This document shows positions 1 through 15,900 of a stretch of 64,000 nucleotides of DNA, piece by piece. The stretch spans positions 7,805,408-7,869,407 of the forward strand of contig OZ037771.1 in the NCBI GenBank assembly GCA_964035545.1. Reading direction: 5' to 3'. Positions within the stretch are counted from its first letter, which is position 1; every line of letters begins with the position of its first letter. Below the pieces are notes generated by a model. That model was not told the DNA's origin and made no database searches. It saw only the letters and a list, made by a program, of their open reading frames with translations. Made by a program: the position numbers and the translations under genes. The stretch comes from Bugula neritina. Its lineage: Eukaryota; Animalia; Bryozoa.

Positions 1-1023
1 TAAAAGCAGTAATTCTGTATTTACATAAATTGGATCATAATCTTTAGTCTAGGAGAACTGTAGCAAATGTTACTGTTGATTACTGAGAAATAACAACCTA
101 GCCACTGGATGCAAGGCCTAAAGTCCTAAACACAACCATAGTTAAACAAAGTTTCTAGTTAAATTAATACCATTGACTTATTGAAACAATTGATGGAGCA
201 GACAACTCCGAAATTCTAGAAAACTGCTTCAATATAAAGCTGATGGCATGTATTATCGAAGCTGGAGTAGTGAAATATGAACAATGTACAAGTAGACGCT
301 ATTTTTATATAATACTATTAATGCCTTTAGCTGTTTATGTGATACTGTACAAAAATGAATTGATTGAAAGTGATTTGCAAATGGCCTGATATGTAACATA
401 GGTAAACAATATTAGACACAAACTAAAAATTAATACCCCACATAAAATATAATTACAAAGAAAAAATGAATTTGCAGTTTGAACTAATTATTTTAAATTC
501 AAACCTGAGCTATTACTGACAAAGTAAACGATGGCTGATGATTTTATTTATAAAAACACACCTTGTGACAAAGCTGGGTGAGATTATACAAACCAAAGTA
601 CTTGCTGACTTGAGTACTTGAAATTTATCTAACTCAAGTCAGTTTGTTAAAATTATTCCAATTGTTCAAAATTGTTTGATTTAGTTCTCAGCATTCATAG
701 CAACAGGTTGAGATAATTTTTGAAAAATTAAACTCAGTGTTTATTAGAATTCACTCAGAGTTAATTAAGTAATTGACCATAAACTCCAGACAATTAGGGA
801 ATTAATGGTGATTATGGTCAGAAGAAAAGTTTAGCTACAGTTAATTTCAATATTATTGATTATAGATAAAATTAGCATGAAATTAGTTCAAACATAAACT
901 TATCTTTTATTAGTCTGCTAAATGTTTACCTGTATCAAGTGGTTTTTAAATTGCTTGTAACTGATAATAAAAACCAATCATGAAAGTAATGATTACAGAA
1001 TATGTTTCCAATATACTATATAC

Positions 1024-2191
1024 CAGGGTTGGGGTAATTGTAATTTGTAATTGTAATTGGCTGTAATTAATTACATTTTTTCAAGTAATTGAATGTAATT
1101 TGTAATTGAGGTTTAAAAATGTAATTGTAATTGTAATTGTAATTAATTACATATCTAATGTAATTGTTTTTTACAATTACTTTATAATTACATGTCAATT
1201 ACTTCAAACTTTTAAATCTTAAAAAACTCCTTCTTTTTCTACAATGCCTACTGTTAAATAACAAGTTCAGATAGTTAGGTCAATATAGTAGGGTCATTCC
1301 ATGCCAGCTCACCGAATTGCCCGCGTCTATTTGCGTCTCAGATTCTGTTCATGTTTACACCAAATAGACCTACACATGCCTCAAGTATTCTTCTTCAGTA
1401 TTTCTGACCTGACACAAATTTTTTTGAAAACTGACTACTTTTGTGGACAAAGGTTGAGAAACATTTTGAGGAAAATTTGTGATTTCTTCTTTTAGACTAA
1501 TCTATAAATGTCTATATCTCAATCATTTTTCTAGACTGAGCCTAAAAAATTTGCTCTGTGATTTGATAATACCTATCAATTTGCACTAGTAGCAACACAT
1601 ATTACAGAATACTTTGTGTGCATATATGCAAAGTCATTGAATATGAACAAATCTTTGTAAATTTTGAAAAATTTCAAATACTCGCCTAATCAAATTTTAA
1701 ATTACTTATAAATTGGTCTAAAAGTATAAATCACAAATTTTCCTCAAAATATTTTCCAACCTTTGTTCACCAAAGTAGTAATTTCTTAAAATGTTTTTGT
1801 GTCAGGCCAGAAATATTCACGAATGGTAATCTGAACATGTGTAGGTCCATTTAGTGTAAATATGAGCAAAATCTGAGACACAAAGACGTGGGACCCCTTG
1901 AAAGTTGGTTGATTTGGTATGGAATGACATAATAGTATCACCGTGGAAAACAAAAGAGGTTCACCACTGTCAACACTGCCCCTGGTAGTTGGACCCTAGA
2001 AGTGACTTCTATTTATTCTTTGTGAGAACAAAAGTAATTGTAATTGTAATTAATTACATTGCCATGTAATTGTAATTGTAATTAATTACATTTATTTTTA
2101 ACTGTAATTATAATTGTAATTGTAATTGACAAATCTTTATGTAATTGTAATTGTAATTAATTACATTTACATGTAATTGACCCCAACCCTG
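1024..2191. mobile_element. Non-autonomous hAT-type DNA transposon (MITE) with GTAATT-rich subterminal repeats
   Basis: Termini CAGGGTTGGGGT(A)ATT (1024) and AATTGACCCCAACCCTG (ends 2191). Perfect 8-bp TSD CTATATAC at 1016-1023 and 2192-2199. Many GTAATT/AATTAC subterminal copies at both ends. Confidence 0.9.
1291..1930. mobile_element. Foldback-like MITE with long imperfect inverted repeats, nested in the hAT element
   Basis: About 200 bp at 1291-1487 (GGGTCATTCCATGCCAGCTCACC...GAGGAAAATTTGTGATTT) is the imperfect reverse complement of ~1728-1930 (AAATCACAAATTTTCCTC...GGTTGATTTGGTATGGAATGAC). Confidence 0.8.
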
Positions 2192-3899
2192 CTATATACT
2201 AGTGCTGCGCCGTACTAATTTTTATAATCATATACTAATGAACAATCAAATAAAACACCACTAATATTGAAAGCAAAATGCAACACATGCATTGCAGCTA
2301 GTAGCACAAAAAAACTATTTAAAATACCAATCTGAAATTAGTAATACAGAAACTTGCAAATACAGTTACATTTTAAGTGTATTATGTTAGTAAATTTTAT
2401 TGCTCAGAAAATAATTTTTAATTCTAAGCGAAATATTAAAACAAGTAAATACACTTATGTCATTCTAGTTGAGTGAAAAGTACAGAAAACTAATTAGAGG
2501 CACTATAATATGACTGATAATAGAAAAAACTATAATGCTGGAATACTAACAGTGTATACCCGGCCAAAATTTAGGAAATACTTTTCTGATGACATCACTT
2601 CAACTTTTTGTACAGCAACAGCTATAGCTTAAAGGGTTCTTTTCTCTATTGAACTTTCATTTTTATAGATTTACCAAAAATTTCATTAAAATTATTTGCA
2701 TGTTCCAAAATTAAAACTTTATAAACTTTCAATAGTCTATACTCGTTTACTTAATACAACTAAGTTTTTTCTACAAAAATCATTTTGAAATGTCCCCACC
2801 TGAAAAATAAATCTAATTACCAGCGTGGGAAGTTGCAATTTTCAATTAGACTTTTGCCACTATAGTTCGGAAAATAAATCCATGATAAATATACAACCAA
2901 TGCAAAAAAATTTTATTTGACTTATTACTGGCGAAATCTACCGTGTTATGCCCAGTAATAAAAATCATGTCAACTCTATACTAATGTTTAATTAATGGTA
3001 TTTAACTTTATTCCATTATATTATATCAAAATTATATCATTAATAAAAAAAATTAGTTTCAATAATTAAAATTTGCAATTGTAGTTATTACTTTCAAATT
3101 ATTCAATAAGATAAATAAGCAATAACTGAACATGATGATGACTACTACAATAACAGTAATTGTCATGTTGACAGTGACATATTTAACAATAGTTCATTTA
3201 GCAATTTCCTATCAAATGTATTAAATTAAAGTTTTGTAATATTGTATTTAATTGTTTAATATTATGGCTAATTAGCATTATTATAACTATTCATCATCAC
3301 AGACACTATAAGATTATAATTGGCAACTGCTCATTATAATTATTACAATGAGAACATTAACATTATAATATCTACATTATGATTCTTATAACTGCAGCAA
3401 AGTTATAAACAATTGTGATTTGAAATAATAAAAATTGAATTAAAGAAATAGATTTATTTTGATTTGTCTTCAAATTGACAAAATAAATTAGTAGTATTAC
3501 TTGGTAATTTTCTATTCATTAGTAAAAAACTAAATGGTTATTTTCAGTTGGTTTTCAACAATTATTCTAAAACAGATATAGATATAAAAAACTAAGCCCA
3601 TATCTAAGGCTAACACTATGAATACGTGTAAAAACAGATAGCCTATTCTAAGTTAATCCAAAACTTACATAAAATTATTACTGATAGTAAAGTACTATCA
3701 ATTAAAGTTAGTATCACTCTGTTATGAGTGTAAGTATACTGAGTATCACAATGATAGTTACGAGCTTTAAGGTCTATGAGTATGTAATACTACGTCTATA
3801 TTATTGTTAATATTATAATTACTAATATATTTATTTATAATTATAACACAACTACAAGTAAAAGCAAATTAGTAATACAGATTTCATATTATAAAAATT

Positions 3900-4022
3900 C
3901 ACACAAGTTTATATTCGATATCCCTGTGAGAACTTTTGATAGAAAGGTTTCTTTCAAAGAATGTTAAGGACTTACTATTTGACACAGGAGCAATTATCGC
4001 TAGATGCTCTCCGTAACATCAA
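3900..4022 (-). mobile_element. Degraded partial copy of the tRNA-derived SINE family
   Basis: The reverse complement matches the SINE body (GATGTTA..GAGCATC..ATAATTGCTCCTGTG...TCTCACAGGG...ATAAACTTGTGTGA) seen at 14954, 16641 and 33587. Confidence 0.65.
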
Positions 4023-4362
4023 CTCTACCATAAACAGGTAGTAATAGTAGTAAAATGTACTAATACTTATTTAGTTAATAATTATTAGTCACAAACTTAT
4101 GCCTATGGCTTGTACTTATATAGTATTAGTAAATTTGTCATAATGTAGTTTACAAATTAAATTTATAATAACTTTTCAGTTATACTAAATTTAGCAGTAA
4201 TACTAATAGTTAATACTTACTATACTAATAGTCATAGCCCAAGCTCAAGTTGTACTTATACTTACTCTTAGTGGTACTATTAGTAGCACTAGTTAGTCCC
4301 AATTAATATAAAATTTTAACTCAAGATTAATTTAAAATATAAATATCTATAATTTCAATCCA

Positions 4363-4528
4363 TTACTGTTAATGTTATTATTAAACTAAAACTTGATCTC
4401 TGTGGCTAGAGATATTTTTAATATAGCATTAATTGTTATTTTATTTTAATTATAACAATTAATGCTATATTAAAAATATCTATAGCCACAGAGATCAAGT
4501 TTTAGTTTAATAATAACATTAACAGTAA
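4363..4528. repeat. Near-perfect palindrome, 77-bp arms with 12-nt spacer
   Basis: 4363-4439 is the reverse complement of 4452-4528 with one mismatch (GGCTAGAGAT vs ATCTATAGCC). Confidence 0.95.
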
Positions 4529-4619
4529 ATACTTGTATTTATATTAAAAAACTCACTTGTATTTACTTTAGGTTTAATGACATTATAGAAAATAAAATAA
4601 GAATTGGATTATTATCATC

Positions 4620-5171
4620 AAAGTACCAGCATAATAGTATTACTATTACTATTAGTATTGCAGTTACTGCCCTACCATTATTATTATGATAATTATAAAT
4701 ATTAATAGTAATAGTAACACAGTATTATTTATATTTAATAATATTTTTTTATAATTATCAACTTTAATATATTTTAAATTATTTATAATAATAATGTATT
4801 TACCATTATTACAAAATTGGAAATTTAGTACTACTAGTACTAGTAGTAGTTCACTACCACTAGTAGTAATGCCAATAGTAGTAACACTAATACCAATAGA
4901 CAACAGACACAGTACTACTACTAGGTCTAGTACTAGTACTAGTAGTAGACCTAATAATAATACGACTACCACTACCAGTACTACTAGTACTACTGCTACT
5001 AGACTACTACTGTAACCAGTAACTGTAAGACTAAGACTGTAAGAATAAGTGAAAGTCACTAACTGTAACAGTAACACTAACTGACTAAGAGTAAGAGTAA
5101 GACTAAGAGTAAGTAGTAGTACTAGTAGTACTACACGGTAGACCTAATACTAAGTCTAGTGTTAATAGACG

Positions 5172-5203
<32 letters not shown>

Positions 5204-5350
5204 GAACTACTATTACTATTAGTACTAGTACTAGTAGCTCAGTAGTAGCTGTAGTACTAGCAGTAGTACTAGCAGTAGTACTACTACGTCTACTATAACT
5301 AGGTCTAGTACTACTACTAGTACTAGTACTACTAATACTAGTAATAAATG
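4620..5350. repeat. Low-complexity (ACT/AGT/AAT)n degenerate trinucleotide tract
   Basis: Runs of TACTAC/TAGTAG/TAATAA. These generate the spurious poly-S/T/V/L ORFs in the track. Confidence 0.9.
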
Positions 5351-6109
5351 TCAACTTTCATCATTATTTTATAGCTATTTTAACTTAAAAATACTAATCA
5401 AAAATAATTAAAAATTTGAGCTTCGATTTAGCTAGCAGATAATTCATGCATAATTAATTTTATTTTGAATATCTTACGCGTGGATTTATTTGTTAGCCTG
5501 GAACTTCCATCTGTCGGGTAGCCGTCGATGTTGATGTTCCTGCTCTAATTAATTATCTACACATGTAACCAATGGCTGCTCATTTTCGCTATATAGGTTA
5601 AAAGAACGCTGTTGGTGCACTCCGGTGTGTTTTCGTGGCGCTCGTTAAAGTTCTCTGACGTCAAATTTCCGCTTAAAAATGAACCAATTGAATTTTTTCA
5701 TTTTTGACTTAAATGCGCTGCAGCAATAGATAAATAATTATATTTTTAGGCCCAGTATCGATATGAATCTCTTAGTATTTTAGAATTACTATTAGTATAA
5801 CTATTGGCAATGTGAAATGATGTATACGGGTATATGAATGTTAATTATTATTTGTGGACCAAGGGCAAGTGTAAAAATATATAATTGAGCCATAATTGTT
5901 TACTATTAGTATTATTTTTTATTGAATTTATTATATTTAATTTTATTGAACGTTATCATTATGATTATCATTATGACTATCATTGTCAAATTTTCATTAT
6001 CAATATCATTATGATATTCATATGAAATTTGATATTTATAATGAATCGTTATGATTAAATTGAATAATTATAGTTATTTCATTATGAATATGAATTATGA
6101 TTATAAATA

Positions 6110-6770
6110 TAATATCTTGGAGTAATCATGCAGTCTAACCTAAAGTTTGACAGACATGTTACATCTAAAGTCAACAATGCAAGCAAAATACTTGGCTTTA
6201 TCAAGCATACAATCTACAATGCACCCATGAAGGCAAAATTAATTGCATACCTTAGTCTATGTAGACCTATCCTTGAGTATGCAAACACGTTGTGGGATCT
6301 GACTAACAAAAGTGCCTGTGAGGAAATTGAACATGTTCAAAATCAAGCCATCAGGTTTATCGCTAACCTCAAAGACCATAGAATAACTTTGTTAATGAGA
6401 ATACTCCCAGGTTAAGAGCGCCATGAAACGCTTTCATCTGCTTATGATGAACTATTAAATTCAACTCGGTCAATAAACACTCGATCTGCTAAGAGAGGAG
6501 AACCAACATCAATTTCTGCATCCTCACAGACCTTTCACAGCAGTTTTCTCCCTCGAAGCATCAGAGATTTGAGGATACCATCTCATAACACAAACTCAGC
6601 TTAGCTATGTGCTAAAACCGCTTTACATTACAATTAAAATATCCAAACTTAGCTGCATGCTAGAATAGATACATTTCAACACATGGTAAACCCAAACAAA
6701 AACAACATAAGAGGCACTCATAATTTTGCGCCTGTAGGTCTTAGCAGAGTGTTCTAATTTTTACAAGGTG
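6110..6770 (+). mobile_element. 5'-truncated, decayed non-LTR retrotransposon (CR1/L2-like), RT C-terminus plus 3' region
   Basis: YLGVIMQSNLKFDRHVTSKVNNASKILGFIKHTIYNAPMKAKLIAYLSLCRPILEYANTLWD is the typical post-RT region of CR1/L2-clade ORF2. A downstream FHSSFLPRSIRD motif follows after a stop/frameshift. The 3' boundary is approximate. Confidence 0.85.
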
Positions 6771-8883
6771 AGTTATGAAGTGAGTTATAAATAATTAATA
6801 TCATTAATTTTATTTTTAAATTAAATTTTAATTATTGTTAATAATTAATGTTATTACTTATTAATATTATATTTTAATTTAGTATGAATGCCATTACCAT
6901 ATTATCTGGCATATTTATATTGATAATATGATAATGATATTTATATTGTTATTAATACTGAAATTGAAAATGTATATTTGTATTAACATTGATTTAAGAT
7001 TAATATATATATTTATAACTTATTTTTTTGATTTTGATTTATTATTCTATAAACTATTGGTTATTGTTGTGCGACGCACAATAGTTATGTGGGCTTTCTA
7101 GTTAGTCCAATTAACATCTAATCACTGATAGTTCAATAGTAGTTTCGCTTGTAATCTTTATTATAACCATATAATACAATGCAAAAATATCTCTATGTAT
7201 CACTGTAATTGCTGCTTTACATTACTACTAGTCGCGCTCTACTAACAACTGTTCTGCATGGCTTAATACAGCCGGAATACTAAAGAGAGTCAGTGATTGG
7301 CAGGGGGCGCACGTGACGTATAAACCACGCCCCATTACATTATTTATGTTACATCAGTCACACACTCACACTGGCTAAAAAAAGCCCAGTGACAAACCTA
7401 AAGAATACAGCAATCCTGCCAATCTCAACTTGAACTAAGCTATCAACTTAAAAAAATTCTTTCTCTATGTTGTTGGTAGAAGATGTTCCAACAAAACTAA
7501 ATGGAGTCAGAGTGTCTTTTTACATTATAAGTATATGTTGAATGACTTTCTACAGCTCAAACTATATCAGGAATTGAGCAAGTTAGCCACTATTTCGGAC
7601 ACTCATCTGGTATATACAAAAGGCTAATAATTTTATTTGATCCGTCTTCCAAAGAGTTTTAACACAAAGTATTAGATTTTGAAAGGGTTATGATAGCAAC
7701 AGATAACATGTCCGTATAAAGATGGGATGATAAAAACTTATCAATAACTACAGCAGTCTACAAGAACTACTAAGGTGAGGTTTGAAAATTGATTTGAAAC
7801 AAGACAATATAATTGTTGTACTATAAGAGCTAAAGGATACTGGTCACATCACATCAAGTGAATACGTTAAGAAGAGCCAAAAAATTAGTATTACAGTTAT
7901 CTGCTAGTTCGCATAATTTTGTTAGTTTTCTAATCTACAAAAATTACAGTCTTCGATTACGATATCAATTTCTCTACTGTTAACATTTTGTAGTCATAAT
8001 CTAAGCCAAATAGCTTTCACGGATGTTCTGAAAGCATTCTGTTTTGACTGATTTTGCTGGAAAACATTGACTTATTGCTGCAGCACCCCCTCGCAGCTTT
8101 TATCCCATACATTTTGAAATAGGTCATCAATATAGGCCAAATATTACATGTGCATATAGTTTTTGAATTGTTGAACTGTTTTAATGTTCAGTCCTAATGT
8201 CTGGTATGTACTAAAACAATTACCCTCATTTATCTTCTAGGAAACAATTTTATAGCACAATTTGAATTCTATGTAATAGGCAAATTTAGATATTTTCATG
8301 TCCTTGTTAATTAGCATAGTGGACACAAATCCTAATTAATACTCTAGTATTAGGAACATTGGGAAAGGATCTTTACTCTGAAGCGAATACATTAGTAATT
8401 ATGCTAGCTAGTGTCCACTGAACTACTCGAAGCAGTTGTGATGCAACTCGGCAAGCTGGTAGAATATGCATCAAGAGAAATGGAAAGAAAATCGTTATTT
8501 ATGAGTGCTAAGAAATCCTAACATTTACATCTTCATAAACCATGAACTATTTATAACCATATTTGACAATCTACTACAGAAAGCTTCAAAAATGCTATAG
8601 TCTGATGCTTCTACTTCTTGATAGATATCTAGCGAACATCAAGCGCCAACCCTCAGCTCAGCCCATTACCAGACATGCAATCTTAATCGGCAGTTGAAAA
8701 ATCAACTATAAGTAAAATTCAAACTGGACAGATAATTCTTACAGTTTTCTCTTTTTTATTTTTTCTATTCTACCTTCAAAGTGTTACACCTGACTAATGG
8801 TGATGCATTTATATAGTTATTTCAGTTATCATTATGAAGTCACACTAATATGAGATTTTTAAATCATAACTATTGTTTCACTT

Positions 8884-9308
8884 AGCATAGGGCCACATGG
8901 GGCGTATTTTCGAAGAAAATAATTTGCACCACCAGTAGAAAAAGGTGTCCACTGTACGAAACGTGTCAGTAAAATCGAAAAACTACTAGCTAATAATATA
9001 TGCGCTTAACTTTACTGCTCGCCTTGTTTCTATGGCTATATGTGCGAGATAAATTATATTTTCATTTTTAAATCTCCCTCTCTTTCAATAAAACGCAATT
9101 TAGTGGAATGTAGCACTAAATTAAGAAAAGTGGGCTCGCTAAATAACAACCAGCCAGTTAAGTGACGACGGTAGAACTTATTCGCACTTGTTGAGAATGC
9201 TGAACGGCAAGTACGAATATTTTCTCCACATTCGTGTACAGTGGACACCTTTTTCTGCGTGTGTGAATTTTCGTGTGCGAAAATACGCCTCGTGTGGCCC
9301 TACGCTTA
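8884..9308. mobile_element. MITE family A, copy 1
   Basis: TIRs AGCATAGGGCCACATGGGGCGTATTTTCG ... CGAAAATACGCCTCGTGTGGCCCTACGCT. The internal sequence is shared with 28583-28978. Confidence 0.85.
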
Positions 9309-9429
9309 CTGGGCACATTCTATATAGAGAATAGATTACATATTGCAGTTGACCTAACAAACAAACGTTTTGAAGCTGCTCTGTTCGTTGATAATTGTTA
9401 TATTTTAATAATGATAGATCCACAGAAGA

Positions 9430-12450
<3,021 letters not shown>

Positions 12451-12961
12451 GTCTAGGAATGAGATCTCATTACTCCACTTCAGCTACCACAGCTCTGGTT
12501 CAGCACTCATCTAACTGCCACAACTCCAGTTCTACAGACACAAAGCTTCATCACCACCCATCAACCACCATTGCATGTAGCAATCACAATTTAGATTTGT
12601 TCTGTTCAATGTTGTAAAAATCTGTATTTGTAGAAATAATTTAAATATAAATATATTATGTTGTGATTATTGAGATGTAAATTTACATCAAAATAAATAG
12701 GATAGTAAACAAATACAGAAATAATAAATAATATGATTTCCAGAGATACAATTTGAGCTCATCAAACGAGTATATAATTATTCCTGCTGTAATAAATATA
12801 TATCACCGAATAAAACTTTTAGTTGTATGTGAATCAAACAATTGGGAAAACTAACCTATTCCTATAGAAATTAATCCAGTGAAGGCACACCTTTTTTATT
12901 AGAAATAAAATGTAGAACATGTAGTGAGTTAGTTTTGTATAGAATATTTTTCGAAGATAAA

Positions 12962-15900
12962 TCATGCTGAATGGCGAATTTTAGATATAATGAGAGCCAG
13001 TAGTAGAAATCCTACTGCCCAGCCAGCAGCTACGAGGTAACCTCTGTACACCACATAATTACTCAAATTCCATCCTCTTCCCACTACAGACCTACAATTA
13101 TACAATTTCAATATGATAAGCTTCTGGCCACAGCAGAATGCAGGTTACTAAGGACAGCAATATTCTATGGCTCCTAACTGCTAGTTCGAACTACATTAAT
13201 TCACAGCTTATAGGTATTCTTGCAAAGTAAATCAAAATAGTCTGTTAGTCTGCATTACCTTTGAGCTTCTACTAGTCCGCAATACATAAATTCACAGTAT
13301 AGTTACTTTTGCCAAGTTAATCAAAATAGAGCTGTTACGGCAGAATTACCTTTGAGCTTCTACAGCTAGAGTAAGTGGTAAACATATGGATATGTACTGT
13401 AGCCATTGCGGCATAGCTTCAATTGGCCAAAGTATTCCAGAAGCCAAGAGGAAAGGGAAGACAACAGCTAAAGATAGCTGAGTTGCTGCTTGTTCATTGC
13501 TAGCTCCTGTTGGTAAAAACAACATTAGTATAATTCACATCCCCTGCCATGCTGTAAGATGATTACTGGTGATGTAAGTTTCAAGAGTTTATTTCACATC
13601 AATTAAAACTATATATAATAATATAGTAAAAAGGAAATCAAGTATAATAACCTGAGACATGCAGAAATGTATAAAACTGACTAAAACTCTACAGTAAAAT
13701 ATTAAGATAAGATAACTCTTAAAATGCAGTACATCGTTGGGAACAGGCTGTCTAACGTTGGGTAGAAAGTGAGGGCTGGACTCTGGTAGATGTGTTTATA
13801 GAACATTGTGTAATGTAGTGTTACATTCAAGTGACTGGTAGTACAGTATGACTAATAGTATAGTATGACTGGTAGTACAGTATGACTAATAATATAGTAT
13901 GACTGGTAGTACAGTGTGACTAGTAGTACAGTATAACTAGTAGTACAGTATGACTAATAGTACAGTATGACTAATAGTACAGTGTGACTAGTATATTATA
14001 CTCACCTGTACTAATAACAAAACCGAGGCTCATCCCAGTCATGCCCACCAGCAACTCAAACAGTACAACGACCACCATGGGGCCAACAGTATACACATTA
14101 AACACAGCAAAGGCAAACACCACCAGCACAGCTGTTTGAATCACCATCACCAAGAACTGAGTGCCAATATGTCCCAGCATTATCTCTAGTACCGTCACAC
14201 CAGATACCAAACTCCTCTCAAACAATCCCTCCTACAATATTGTATTCGTTCTATCACTCTATAGATTGTGTACACAGAATTAGTCTACATGTAGAGTTAA
14301 GCAAGATAGGTCACACTGATAAACTTTTTAAAAAACCACTTGATAACTTTTTAAAATTTATGTAAACATGGTAAACCAATTGAAAGAGAAGTATAGTGTC
14401 ATGGTAATAAGGTCATCATAGCAATATATTCAATTAATGAGCTTCAATAGCATGTACCGCAGGAGGTACAAATCACTGTTTTATAGAACATAATTTGTTG
14501 GGTAGACATCCACTAACTTGCCGACAAGTTCACAATACAACGCCCAATGAATGACTACTGCTGTCGTGACTAGGTTAGCAGATAACAGAGAATACAAGCA
14601 GCAGATGAGGTTCTCTGTAGAGATCAATGAGTACCTTGATCTCCATCACCAGGGAGAGAGCCGTCAAGCCAACTGCAAGGAAGTAGATGATGGAGCACAT
14701 GATGCCCGGGGCAACAAAGTCGAGGAAGGTATTCTTATCTCTGCCATAAATGGGCGTGTTGTAGTGAACTGGTAACTGCTCTGTAGACGTTAAGTTGGTT
14801 GGCAGAGAGATGTTGTACCTGTCTTTAACTGAAATTAGAACAGCAGGTTGACGATGGTTTATAGAATCAGGGTGCTATAGTATACCGCACACATGACACA
14901 TCTGTGTAGAACATTAGATATGAACAGGAAATGTAGTATATCAGTCACAAACAGGGAGTAGCCGTGGTCTAGGAGTTAGAGCACGGGCTTAGTAAACCTG
15001 TAGCCAGAAGTTCGACACCCAGTAAAGGCCATTGGTGATGTTAGGAAGAGCATCCAGTCATAATTGCTTCTGTGTCCAATCTGAATAAGTCCTTAGCCTG
15101 ATTTAACAAGAAAAAACCTTTCCATCCGGGGTTCTCACAGGGATGGTGACTATAAACTTGCGTGAGAGTCTCAAACAGCCAACACAAGCACAACCAGATT
15201 TGTAAGAAAGAGCTAGTTGACAGCGAGGTTAAAACCTCGACAGTTGCTGCCGAGCAAAATAAACTGGCAGAAATTTTATTTAATTTATTTATTATTAATG
15301 ATACAGCTCTAATATTATATCACTATTACATCGTGTTATATTGCATTGTATTATATTGCGAATCGGGTATTGGTTATTCCTATATTACACTTTCAGTCTA
15401 AGTATAAAAAAACATGCTGTAGCTGAGGTAATACTAATATTTTCCTGATTAGTACCTTCCAACATAAACACTAGTAGACATTGAGGAAGACAGTAAATCT
15501 TGAAGCAGTAACTGAAACAGTTGCTGTAGGATAACGTACTAGTATGATGGAGTGTAACCTATACAATATAATACTGTAATACACTTGAATATAAAATATA
15601 TATCAATACCTTGCTGAATAACTGCTGCTGCTAAGTTCTGATATGCCTCTACAATTTTAGCCTTCAAAGTCATGAAAATCTGTTGATTAGTCTCGTCCAT
15701 CCAAATCTCCACGGTGGAACCCTCCACCACCGATTTATTGCTGGAGCCGCTCATTCTACAAAGTAAAACTGTGTTATGAAGGAAATCTGTCAGACCTACA
15801 TATATCATAGTACGTTTATTGTAAAAGTAAACTTACAGTAGGTTCAGTGTACATGTAAAGCACATCTAAAAATGAACAGAAAAGGTAAACTCTAAGAAAT

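Noticed and set aside
100-390. Coding-like stretch at the window start
   Set aside because: In-frame stops, no recognisable motif and no confident splice sites.
4664-5354. Poly-S/T/V/L ORFs, also at 25880-26262 and 39010-39703
   Set aside because: Translations of trinucleotide low-complexity tracts, with no splice-compatible or family evidence.
7380-8720. Possible decayed LTR-retrotransposon pol remnant (DFAGKH-like integrase fragment near 8050)
   Set aside because: Too degraded; no continuous motif series or LTR pair could be confirmed by eye.
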